From assembly GCA_951406725.2 (NCBI GenBank), contig OX597819.1, positions 29,326,001 to 29,390,000 of the forward strand: a stretch of 64,000 nucleotides of DNA, read 5' to 3'. The DNA comes from Octopus vulgaris. Taxonomy: Eukaryota. This document shows, in pieces, positions 50,563 to 62,500 of the stretch (the first letter of the stretch is position 1; every line of letters begins with the position of its first letter). A program made the position numbers and the translations under genes. The notes beneath the pieces are model-generated. The model was not told the DNA's origin. It made no database searches and saw only the letters and a program-made list of their open reading frames with translations.

Positions 50563-51812
50563 AAGAAGTTTGGATGCCTTTACTTTTCCGAAAACCATAG
50601 TTTAGGTGAAACAAACTTATTTCAACCAGTATCGAAAGCTTTAGTTATTTAAAATACTAAATCTAGTGAATTAATGACATATTCTACACCTAGCAGGTAT
50701 AAAAGAAACAATTATAGCTCTGGGGGTCACTGCCTACACTTAACAGTAGCAATAACTCTAGTGTCACAGCCCACGCCCTAGGTTCAACCACAGTTTTAAT
50801 GTCACTACCCACGTCTGTCACTTAAAGTAATGAAAGAGAAAGTAATAGGAACACCAGTAGTTTTCAGTAAATCACAAGCTCTATCACTGAAATATATATG
50901 ATGTTAGTTAATGGGATTTATAGTTTTTGTATCAAGACTCCTAGATAGAAAAACACAAAATATAATGCCACAAGGTTCAGAGAGGTAAAGCTAATTATTA
51001 AAGTACGGATGGATGAAATAAATCAATATGAAAGCTTCCCAAAGAGCAGTTGTTAAAGTAGAATGAAGCGGGGGGGGAGGGGGAAAGTAAAGGTTTTAGA
51101 TAGTATGACAGTTCATGTTACATTAGAAAATGGTGCAAGTCAACAGATAGCCTGTAGCAATCTTCGAAAAGAAAAGAAAAACATATTTACCTCTAAGTTA
51201 CAATACCATGAATATTAATAATGGTGGTGGGGGTGGGTGGGTGTTGTGGGTTGTATGTAGTTTATAGTTTATAGCATAGCTATAAAAGTTTTATTGAAAT
51301 AATTTAGCTAAACAAAATTGCATTTTCATAAACACGCACGTCCCATGGATTTTTCTCTTTGTTTCACATTTTGTTTGACATTTTGTTAAATTTGTGGTAG
51401 ATGTTAATTTAAATCTAAGGAAAAAGAAAAAGTAATTTTAATAGTGTTTCAAGACCTACTTCTACAAGTAACAATAAAGTTTGAAAAAAATAAACAGCTG
51501 AAACTAAACATTGCAATTTAAGTGTGTTGCTATATTTATTACATTATATTGATTGCAATTAGTAGTACTAGGGTAAATTAAGCAATGGATAAAACTGCCT
51601 GCATTATAATTCCTCTACGAAAACATATTTGAGTAATGAATTGAAATGATGTATTAAATTTTTTGTTTGTTTGTATGTTGGTAAATATAAGTCATAGTTG
51701 GCCTGAAGATCCTGTACTCACAGGTGAAACTCAGAGTAGCAAGAGACTGACTCCACCAAAACAAAATATTACTATCTACTATGGTATTGAGTAATCTTTT
51801 TTGCAACAGTTA

Positions 51813-52211
51813 CTCTTTTACTTGTTTCAGTCATTATTTGACTGTGGCCAAACTGGAGCACAGCCTTTAGTCGAGGAAATCAACCCCAGGACTTATTCTT
51901 TGTAAGCCTAGTACTTATTCTTTCGGTCTCTTTTGCCAAACCGCTAAGTTATGGGGACGTAAACACACCAGCATCGATTGTCAAGCAATGTTGGGGGGGG
52001 GGGGGACAAACACAGACACACAAACATATTTATATACATATACATATAAACGATGGGCTTCTTTCAGTTTCCATCTACCAAATCCACTTAGAAGGCTTTG
52101 GTCGGCCCAAGGCTATAGAAGAAGACACTTGCCCAAGGTGCCATGCAGTTGGACTGAACCCAGATCTGTGTGGTTGGTAAGCAAGCTACTTACCACACAG
52201 CCACTCCTGCA
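51813..52211 (-). mobile_element. SINE family A copy
   Basis: Same head and tail. Confidence 0.85.
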
Positions 52212-52227
52212 CATATAACAATAAATA

Positions 52228-52264
<37 letters not shown>

Positions 52265-52701
52265 TGTTTTGATGTCCAGTTTTTCATGATTTCATGGATA
52301 CAACAAAATTCTGTTGAGCCAGTTTTCTACAGTCAGATGTAATTTTTTTGTGCCCCCCCACCCACCCACCACCATGCCTCACCAATTTCCACACAAGTTA
52401 ATGTATTCCCTAATCCTTTGAACAAAGAACAACTCAATGACCAGAAAAGCTTTCATAGAAAATTGCAAACAAATGACAGTCTTTCTTTTTCTTTACGTTG
52501 CTTTTTTTTTTTTTTTTTTTTTGTATGACAAGGGACTCTTTTTAGAATAAGTATGCTCACAGCAAGAATAAGAGAAACATGCACATTCACACATGATAGA
52601 ATTCTTCTGCCTTCAAAATTTCCTTCACAAGGCATTGCAGCTATAGTAAACATGTAACAGGAGCAAACCCTAAACCATATGATGCTGTCTGCACCTATTA
52701 C

Positions 52702-52737
<36 letters not shown>

Positions 52738-52754
52738 CATTTTCATATTTATTC

Positions 52755-53251
52755 CTCAATGAGACAGCTGTTAAATTGTCCTAAGAATTTGGAAGCATTA
52801 GTGTTAAGTCTACATGATGATAATCTTGTCAGAATCATTCCTCTAATACTTGTACTAAAGACAGAAAATGTAAAAGGTTTGAATGTTGGTAAAGTTATAA
52901 TACAAAAGCTTGAATACAATATGATGAACAGCCAAGGACTGAAAATGTTTGCCAGAAAGTTGTACCTCATTCAGTCCATGAGCAGGGTAGTGTGGTATTG
53001 GTATTTTAGGTTTAGAAAGTAATAATTCATTATTATCAATGGAAGCAGTATTATTTCAAAATAGCATCTGGATATTTTAATCAATGTGGATATACAGTAG
53101 AAAGCCATGCAGCTGTAGTATTTGTCTTGAGAAAACATCTTGTATAGATGTATAGTGCTAAAAAGCACAAAAGTATATCAGCAGCAGAGGAAAATTGTCC
53201 AGCAGCATTTCAGAATAATGATTTTATATGCATCTTTTCCCATAACAAATA
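52755..53251 (-). pseudogene. NWD-like NACHT NTPase exon relic
   Basis: ttcttattcAG acceptor. FVMGKD (decayed Walker A), LLIYFCAF, HGLNEV (Walker B position) and PWLFIILYSSFCIITLP occur across shifted frames with stops. Confidence 0.5.
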
Positions 53252-54861
53252 CTGAATAAGAATTAGAATTAGTTTTAAAGAAATACTGAAAAGAAAGAAT
53301 CAAAATATTGATTGTTTTTTTATCTTTTATTCATAATATATATGTCAAGCTAAGTAAAATTGCTGATTTCCACACATATAGGCTTGCTCTTTCAGGTGCC
53401 AGGAACACTTAAAAAGCACCCATGCTGGCACTGCTTAACAAACCCATGCCAGTGCTGTATATATGCACCCATGTTGGTGGCACAATCTGTTAAGTGGTTG
53501 GCATTAGGAAAGGCATCTAGCCACAGAAACCATGTCACAACAGACAGTTGAAGTCTGGACAGCTTCCTGCTAGCCAGCTCCATGTCAAATCATTCAACTC
53601 ATGCCAGCATGGAAAGCAGACATTAAATAATGATGATGATGATGATAATGATGATGTCCTGGTCTATCATTAATTTCTAGCTTAGGCAAAAGGCCATATT
53701 TGCATGAAAGGGAGAGGGTATAGTTAATGAAATAAATCCCAATACTAGACTGGTACTTATTTGATTGATAGTGAAAGAATGAAAATAAGATTTTGATGGG
53801 ATATGAACTCAGAATGTAAATGCCTGTTTTAAATACCACCAGGTATTTTGTCTGAGACAAATGATTTTGTCAATCCATTTTTTTTGTTTTCTTTTTTTTC
53901 GTTTCTTCATTTCAGTTACTAGACTTCAGCTATAACAGGACACTTTCAAAGATTTTAGTCAAACATTAACCCCAATACTTATTCAATCTGGTACTAATTT
54001 TAGCGATCTCTGTTTATTGAACTGCTGCAAGCCTACATATCAATTGTAAGCTAAGAAATATAATTTTCTATACAAGGTGCTATAAAGAATTCTGTACAAA
54101 CCTCTTCGAAATCCAACACAGGGTGATATCTTGAAATGTTAGTGTAAAGTTTGACTAACATCAGTTGGAACAGCTATATGGAAAAGAAACCTCCATCTAT
54201 ATTACTTACCCTAGATAAATATGACAGTTCCATCAATAGAGTTAATATCATATCTTTACAACATTCTTATGATCCATTCATTGCTCACACTGATAACTGA
54301 ATTATTTGAGAGAACAAACCAAACCTTAACAATAAATCTTAAGAGGATGACACCAATGCACCACACTGAATATCTGCAATTATCTATCCATCTACAGAAC
54401 ATTTACATATATTTATACACTTATATATAGTTTGCATTTTAACTAAAAAAAAGTTAACTACAACACCAGCACAACAATAATAGCTGACATTACCACTGGC
54501 AGAAATAATTTAGAAAGACTTAAAGAATGACATTTCCAACAGATAAACCTGCCACACCCATGAGAAAAATATCAACAAAAATAACTACGATAATGGTTTC
54601 AAATTTTGGCACAAGGCCAACAATTTAGTGGGAAGGAATAATTGATTATATCAACACCCAGTACTTGATTGATACTTTATTTATTGACCCCCACCCCCAC
54701 CACAAAAGGATGAAATGTTGACCTCAGCAGAATTTGAACACAAAATGTGAAGAGCTAGAAAAAATCTGTTATGCATTTTATCCAACAGATTGCTGCCTAC
54801 TACTATAATAATGGAAAGAAATAAAAAGTAAAGAAAATAAAATGGAAAGAGGTGGGAGGAT

Positions 54862-55282
54862 GGATCTTCTCGGTTTGAACAGCAGTTTTTTCTAGCGGTG
54901 TCATATGAAATTGTCACCCATAATTATGACCCTAGTATCGATCTATTGCATTTCAATCTCTTTGAGGGTTAGGGTTGGTTAGGGTTAGAGGGAAGAGTAT
55001 TTTTTTTTCTTCACAAATGTAAATAAACCCAATCTGTTTCTTAAACGAGGGACATATTCATATGGCACAGAATGCTTTTTAACTCAATAGATGTCAGTGA
55101 TTGGTTGAAATGGCAGAAATTGAAGAAAAAAAACAACGAATATCTTACAAACTATAGAATTTTCTCAATAAAGCCAAGGGAAAAAGATGTTTTATAAACA
55201 TATTCTACCAGTATCCGAAGTTTAAAATTTTTTAGATACCTAGAAATTATGTTAAAACCTGCCGTTCAAACCGAAAAGATCC
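54862..55282. mobile_element. MITE with GGATC-starting TIRs and 8-bp TSD (Merlin-like)
   Basis: TIR GGATCTTYTCGGTTTGAACRGCAG; TSD gggaggat/gggaggag; internal TTAGGG units. Confidence 0.75.
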
Positions 55283-55560
55283 GGGAGGAGAGTTAGAGGA
55301 GAGAAACAAAGAGGAATAGAATCTGAAAGCAACAATAGATCCACAACTCCAAAAATTCAGGGAAAAAGAAAGGACACAGATACATAAAAGGACAACTGAC
55401 CAAAACACAAGACAATTATTTTATATGTTAAATTGACATGTAAAAGACATTAACTACTGTCAGGTTGAAAGAGGAATATTATTAAGGAAAGGAACAACAA
55501 CAACAACAACAAAAACGAATGAAAACACCAGAGGCTGATAAAATCAGGTCAATAACTGAC

Positions 55561-55796
55561 TTTCAACAGATGTAGTGGAAGTGTGTCAGTAACTGGGTTA
55601 CAGAAATGCAACAATCAGTCTTGATATGTAATATTACATGTTTGCATGTTTTCAATTGTAGTATGAAGTATTTTGGAGGGGAGCAGCTAATAAAACTTGA
55701 AGCCCCTTTCAACCAAATATGGAAAACAAATTTTGCTCTACTAAAAGTATTGAGTCCTTTCAACAGCAAATGTTTGTTGTTATAAACAATAAATAT
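55561..55796 (-). pseudogene. NWD-like exon relic before the NACHT domain
   Basis: tcttttatctatAG acceptor, GTCAGT donor. YQD*LLHFC resembles L-Y-x-E-I-x-x-H-x-x-F-C. Stops present. Confidence 0.4.
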
Positions 55797-55844
55797 CTAT
55801 AGATAAAAGAATTAACTATACATTAACAACCCTAACATCAATAC

Positions 55845-55879
<35 letters not shown>

Positions 55880-56132
55880 TTATTTTTATACAAGAATGTG
55901 GTTGACAGTGACTTTGAAGTTTCAGCCAGTTGATCCATCACTGGACTAATGGATTAGCTAGCAGATGATGGTTTAGCTGGCCAAAACTTTGAAGTCACTA
56001 TCAACAACATTCAAGTATAAGAATAATAAATTTGTACTCCTCAAAAGTGTAGAGTAACCCAGCAGATTAATGTAAAATTGTTTTTATTATAACTGAATAT
56101 AAAGATGAACATTAATATATATATATATATAT

Positions 56133-56440
56133 CACATGATCACGTGACTGACCAGACCATCAGATGTTGCTACACATCGCTGGTCACAATGCGTTCGCAT
56201 TGTTTTAGCCTTCGTACGACGCCACCCCGCTAGCTAAGCAAGCTGGCCAACAGAAGAAAGTGGGAGAAAGAGTGGTGAAAGAGTACAGCAGGGATCACCA
56301 CCCCCTGCCAGAGCCTTGTGGAGCTTTTAGGTGTTTTTGCTCAATAAACACACACAATGCCCGGTCTGGGAATCGAAACCGTGATCCTCCGACCACAAGT
56401 TCGCTGCCCTAACCACTGCACTGGGCCATTGTGCCTCCAC
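56133..56440 (-). mobile_element. SINE family C, tail type 3
   Basis: Same head and body, third tail ending CACGTGATCATGTGA(TA)n. Confidence 0.75.
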
Positions 56441-56469
56441 ATATAAATATATAAATATATATATATATA

Positions 56470-56860
56470 GTTGATTGCCTCGTGTTTTATACATTTAATC
56501 TAAGGTGTACCTGTTGACGAAGATTTCACCTAGCGAATATTATTTATTTGCTAAACTACTAAACTAAAATCAGAAACCAATTGGTCCACGAAACTAGATG
56601 GTAAAAGTTTTTATTTTTTCATTTCGTTCCTGTCGGGATTTTATCCCTAATTTTGTGGTTATAGAAGCTAGCTGTTCTTTCTAGCATATTGAATCCAATG
56701 AGTGGATTCCGTATGTGTTTAAATGTACACTGTATTTTATGAGTAATACATAGTCTTTGGACTAAATTTCTACATGCTAGGCCACTGGAAGTGAGAATTT
56801 CTATTAATTTCCATTTCTCTTCGATATGATTAAGTATTATATATATATAGTAAGGCTGTA
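56470..56860 (+). mobile_element. Penelope-like pLTR remnant with degenerate hammerhead (56512-56588)
   Basis: TTGACGA..gattt/aaatc..GAAACCAATTGGTC, flanked by (TA)n. Confidence 0.45.
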
Positions 56861-57957
56861 TACTCAAAGTTGGCATGTAGTGGGATTGAGTCAGAAAGCT
56901 ATCTTCTTAACCACATAGTTATGGTGTACACCATGTTAAACTCTATAATCTAGTTAATGTTGGTTTACGCCTACAAAGCAACACACAATTGGTTTCTTTT
57001 TTAAAAGAATAATGAGGTGAACTTTGAATAATGTAAATTTTAATAAGTTTTGGGACAACATGAATGATTGATCAAATGATTGCTATCTTGATTAAAGGTC
57101 ATATTTAACAAGGCTAACACCAAGACCTTTGACCTAAAGAAAGGTAGGGAGATTGGTTAATGAGGAGAACATTATTTAATATTCCTAGGTCTAAGTATTT
57201 AACCATTTAGTGGTGTTTTTGATCACCAACAAAACCTGTTACATAACAAAGGCCTTAGAAATTCAAGATTTTATATTTCGAAATTATTGATGCAAAATTT
57301 ATGTGTTAAGACTGCATGTAAAAATATAACTTATTTTAATTAAGTTTCCATGTTCAGCAGTAGACTTAGTTACATAGATATTATATTGAACAGATTCTAA
57401 GACTGTAATAATTGTCAAAAAATCAAAGCAAATATTAATGAAGAATTTCAGATCTAGTCAAATATTTGCAAAGATAACAATTTCTGAATAATAACAACAG
57501 GCTGTTACAGAAAATGATAAATACAAGATTTTATAGGAATTCTCCTTAGAAATTGATCATACTTTTGAAGTAAAGAGATCAGAAATGATAGTGGAAGGAA
57601 AAAAAAAAGAGCAGCGTAAGCTCAATGACTTTGCAATCTCATGTGAGAGTAGGGATGATGTCAAAAACACTGAGAAAATTCAGATACATCAGGATGTAAA
57701 CAGGGAGAGAAACAGATTATTGAACACAAAGGTAAAGGATTTTTTGAATGGCAATCGAAACAATTGGCACAATGCTTAATCTGCTTACGGGGCTGAACGG
57801 TATTGGAATTGGGACAGGTATTGTAAACCTATAGAAAAGTGCCACTCTGTACTCTGCAAAAACCCAAAAAATGATTAGTTAGATTTGAGGAGACTTGTTG
57901 TCACCAAACCTCAAGATAACATTTATGCTAATTAAATTAGCAAGTAAAAGCATTTGC

Positions 57958-57996
<39 letters not shown>

Positions 57997-58481
57997 GTAA
58001 ATAACTGACTGGAAGTGTTATGTACATTGTTTTGTCTTGATATAAAAGTTGGGTTACAGTAAATATTCTGCTCAATACTACAAATTTGCTTGTCAGTTGT
58101 TTGACCGTAACCAGTTGAGCATGTCCCTTAGTGGCTAATAATATGTGCATTTCTGATCATGAGCAGAAGTAGTGGGGAAGCCTCATAGCCATGTGTTGAG
58201 AGGAATTCTTTGGGGTTTGGATAATTCACCTTAGGAAACACAGGTGTTTCATTCAACATCCTCAAACAACTCTTATTCAGTGACTTTTTGAGCAGGATGG
58301 GCTACTTGACCTGAAGAAAATTCTAACTGGGCCCCATCTGCAAAGTCATGTGCTGTTTATCTTGATATGAGATCATCATGTCACACACATTTGGTTATGA
58401 TGCATGTGCCTGGTGTAACCTTATCAGATGGGTAGTCATGATGGGTATACTGGGCTTCATATATGCACTGTTCTCTCACTC

Positions 58482-58672
58482 AATAATGATAATAATAATA
58501 ATGATGATAATAATAATAACAACAATGATAATAATAACAACAACAATGATAATAATAACAACAACAACAACAACAATAATAGCAACAACGATAATAATAA
58601 TAACAACAACAACGATAATAATAATAACAATAACAATAATAATAATAATAATAATAATAACAACAACAACAA
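58482..58672. repeat. (AAT/AAC/GAT)n trinucleotide microsatellite
   Basis: Direct reading; source of the poly-N/I/L ORFs. Confidence 0.95.
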
Positions 58673-59053
58673 TTACCATCATAAAAAGAAACAGATTAAT
58701 GTAAACATAACCTCAGCTGGTTTGTATTTTAATGACAAACAAAAAGAGAAACCCTTCTATGAATAATTGATAGAGGTCATTAGCATCTTGTACTGATAAA
58801 TCTTCAGCAGCAGAAATGGATGTATAATGATGCTGACAATGATGACTAAAGAATGGAATCAATAGCATTTTATTGTACCCATTAGAGTAACAAATATCAC
58901 ACAGGTTGGTAATGACATTTTCACATGATTAACAACTAGAACCAGTGTGGATATAGTTTACTAATTAGTCTAAAATATTGGAAACCTTCTGTGATAGTTG
59001 TTCATCTTGGATCTTTGAAAATTAACAGGGGGGAAATGAAATTTTAATTTCTC

Positions 59054-59084
<31 letters not shown>

Positions 59085-59900
59085 TCACTTGTTCTTTTTG
59101 GGATTTGTAAAACACACTCATCATGAAAATATATTCAAATAAACAGAAAAATATATTTATCTTTCTGGTACTTTTCTCAATTTTATTTCATTAAATTTTC
59201 TTTAGAAAAATTTAATGATATATAATTACCTATCCTTAAAAATGCTTGTTGACAGATAGCAATCTCAAGGATTCTTCCATGCATGCATGTATGTATGTGC
59301 ATGTGTATATATATATAAGAAAGTATGTCTCTGCATGTTAAAAACCCTAATTAATTTGCAAAACATTAGGAAGAAATTTCATCACAAATAAATTAGGAGT
59401 CAATGTATAATGGCATGATGAGATATTAAGAAATGTTTTTAGCATTAGTTTTTCTGGGTTTTTTTGCTTTTGTTTTTTTTTGGGGTTTTTTTTTCTAATT
59501 CTGACAGATTGTTTCTTAAATTGAACAGTGTGTGTTTTCTTGACTGCAAAACTGTTGATAAAGAATTCAATTGAAATAAGTGTTGCAAGATATATTAAAA
59601 GGATGGTAGTATACATAGGGACAGTCATCAGTTAAGTATCTCTTTAAGGACAGCTTTATGTATGTAGTTTACAGAGAAGGAAGAATATAAAGCTGTGTTA
59701 CACTCAACAATAACTCATTAAGAGAAAACGAAAAGTACTCTTGTTGTGAATTGTATATCACAAACAATATGTTTCAATTGCTATTAGCAGTGCAGCTACT
59801 GCCATGAAAATGACAACAATAATAATAATACCAAAAGAGGACGGGCAATGTAAACAAAAAGAATGTAAGCAAGTTCAGATATGAAAGAAACTAAAATTAC

Positions 59901-60086
59901 TTCATACAAGTTCTCACTACTCCTTTGCTGGTGAATGCCAAATCTTTGATTAACTGTATGGGTAATACCATATGGACAAACAAATAGAGATAATCTCTAA
60001 TGAACCACAGGCTCCCGAATGCAACCAAGCAATTTAGCCAGCTATTCATTCTGCTATATCAATAGAACAGCCGTCTCAGGTAAAAT
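59901..60086 (-). pseudogene. NWD-like exon relic, N-terminal region
   Basis: ttctcctttccAG acceptor, GTAATT donor. LWFIRDYLYLFVHMVLPI resembles the NWD W-Y-x-x-D-x-N..Y-x-L-x-P-I motif. In-frame TGA. Confidence 0.55.
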
Positions 60087-60461
60087 CTGGAAAGGAGAAC
60101 TGTGTGTAAATGTAAATGAATGTGAATATTAGGAGAATGAATTCCCTGGAATTGGAATTGTTCATGATTATAGTGCAGGTAGTTCTATTCTGCTTAAAGA
60201 AATTACAGTGTAGATTTGTAGTTAAGAAGTCCATTTGAAAACCACATGGTTTTCTAGTTCAGCCACAATGTGCAGTGTCTTAGACAAGTGTCTTCTACTG
60301 TAGCCCCAGGCTGATCAAGTCTTGTGAGCAAATTTGCTAGACAGATGCTAAAAAAGCTGTTCATATGCACCCACACACACACTCATCTGTTAGTACATAT
60401 ACATCTGTGTTAGTGTGTGTACGGATACATATGTGTGTGAGTGTGTATATATGTACGGGTG

Positions 60462-60524
<63 letters not shown>

Positions 60525-60537
60525 GTGAGTGTATGTG

Positions 60538-60596
<59 letters not shown>

Positions 60597-60604
<8 letters not shown>

Positions 60605-60966
60605 ATTAGGGTGTATAACTCCAAACTTACAGGGAAAAATTCAATTCAGCATTAAATCAAATTTCACAATATAAATATATAATATATATAAATTAAAGAA
60701 AAACCACTATTATGCAATTCAAACAATGATAGACATAAACCAAGTCATAAATAAAAAATAAGATATATTTTAAAACATAACTAGATCACAAAAAGTACAA
60801 AAATGAATAAACAATATATAATAAGTATTGTTTATTCATTTCTATACATTTTGTGATCTAGTTATATGTTTTAAAACATATCTTATTTTTTATTTACGAT
60901 TTGGTTTATGTCTATCATTGTTTGAATTGCATAATAGTGGTTTTTCTCTAATCTATATATATTATA
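60597..60966. repeat. AT-rich hairpin element: ~140-bp arms plus tail, same family
   Basis: 60678-60966 is self-complementary. Confidence 0.75.
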
Positions 60967-61478
60967 CTAGCAGTATCGCCCGGCGTTGCTCGGGTTTGTA
61001 AGGTAAATAACTATATAAGCATTTTTAGAGAGTTACTTCCCTTATAGATGCCAATTCGAGCTTTCTTAGCCACTTCTGTTTTGGTGTCTTCAAGCCATGA
61101 AGTCGTTGTTCTAAAAGAACGCTGGTCTCCTTGACAACGCTTTACGACGTTGATTTCCTTACACTCCCTTCCCCACAGCTTCATGAGGGAGGGAAGAAGG
61201 GGGAAAAGCAACACAGGTGCGGATGTGAGCATGGACGCCAACTCCGCTGCCATCGACACACGAAAAATTATGCATTAAAATGGAATAAAAAATAATGTTA
61301 AATTATTTTTAAAATCGTAGACTCATCGTAGATGCACGCTAATAGCCAGATGGGCTCGATATGAATCACGACTATAAGATACCCGAATTTGATTAAACTG
61401 CACCGCAAAATGTGGGAGTAGTTAGGAATCTAAATCGAAGGGGACAGACACTCACACAACTACAGTTTTATATCTATA
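60967..61478 (-). mobile_element. Non-autonomous Helitron, copy 1 of head-to-tail dimer
   Basis: Minus-strand 3' end CCCGAGCAACGCCGGG..CTAG|T. Highly similar to 61479-61976. Confidence 0.8.
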
Positions 61479-61976
61479 CTAGCAGTATTACCCGGCGTTG
61501 CTCGGGTTTGTAAGGGAAATAACTATATAAGCATTTTTAGAGAGTTACTTCCCTTATAGATGCCAATTCGGGCTTTCTTAGCCATTTCTGTTTTGGTGTC
61601 TTCAAGCCATGAAGTCGTTGTTCTAAAAGAACGCTGGTCTCCTTGACAACGCTTTACGACGTTGATTTCCTTACACTCCCTTTCCCACAGCTTCACGAGG
61701 GAGGGAAGAAGGGGAGAACACAGGTGCAGGTGTGACCATGGACGCCAACTCCGCCGCCATCGACACACGAAAAATTGTGCATTAAAATGGAATAAAAAAT
61801 GATGTTAAATTATTTTTAAAATCGTAGACACGCGCTAATACTCAGACGGGCTCGATATGAATCACGACTATAAGATACCCGAATTTGATTAAACTGCACC
61901 GCAAAATGTGGGAGTAGTTAGGAATCTAAATCAAAGGGGACAGACACTCACACAACTACAGTTTTATATATATAGA
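61479..61976 (-). mobile_element. Non-autonomous Helitron, copy 2 of head-to-tail dimer
   Basis: 5' end A|TCTATATATATAAAACTG at 61976; 3' hairpin plus CTAG at 61479. Confidence 0.8.
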
Positions 61977-61984
61977 TATATATA

Positions 61985-62500
61985 TGACCGAGACCTTTGG
62001 AAGTATGCTGTACGTGAAAAGATCCGGCAGGACAAGTGAGACCATAACCCGTGGCCTCTTCCTGGGATGTAGCCAACCCACTTATGCATACCTTTCCTTC
62101 TTGGGACACAAAACTCTGCTTGCGAAGACCTGTTGAGGCAATCGAAATCGCTCAAAAATCAATGAAAACTGTAGTTGTGATACCAGTGCCGGTGGCACGT
62201 AAAAGAACCGTCTGAACGTGGCCGTTGCCAGCGCCGCCCCGACTAGCCTCCGTGCCAGTGGCATGTAAAAAGCACCAACCGATCGTAGCCGTTGCCAACC
62301 TCACCTGGCACCTGTGCCAGTGGCACGTAAAAGCCACCCACTACACTCACAGAGTGATTGGCGTTAGGAAGGGCATCCAGCTGTAGAAACACTGCCAGAT
62401 CAGACTGGGCCTGGTGCAGCCACCTGGCTTCCCAGATCCCAGTCGAACCGTCCTACCCATGCTAGCATGGAAAGCGGACGTTAAATGATGATGATGATGA
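61985..62500 (+). mobile_element. 5'-truncated RTE-clade LINE 3' end
   Basis: DRDLWKYAVREKIRQDK* then 3'UTR with GTGCCAGTGGCAC repeats and a (GAT)n tail. Confidence 0.75.

Larger units (their letters stand above)
8900..60086 (-). pseudogene. Unprocessed pseudogene of the NACHT and WD-repeat (NWD1/NWD2-like) family; 5' end not located
   Basis: About 12 exon relics in correct domain order, many with AG/GT flanks; most contain stops, frameshifts or TE insertions. Motif resemblance judged from memory of NWD proteins. Confidence 0.62.

Noticed and set aside
58378-58766. Poly-N, poly-I and poly-L ORFs
   Set aside because: (AAT/AAC)n microsatellite; no splice or domain support.
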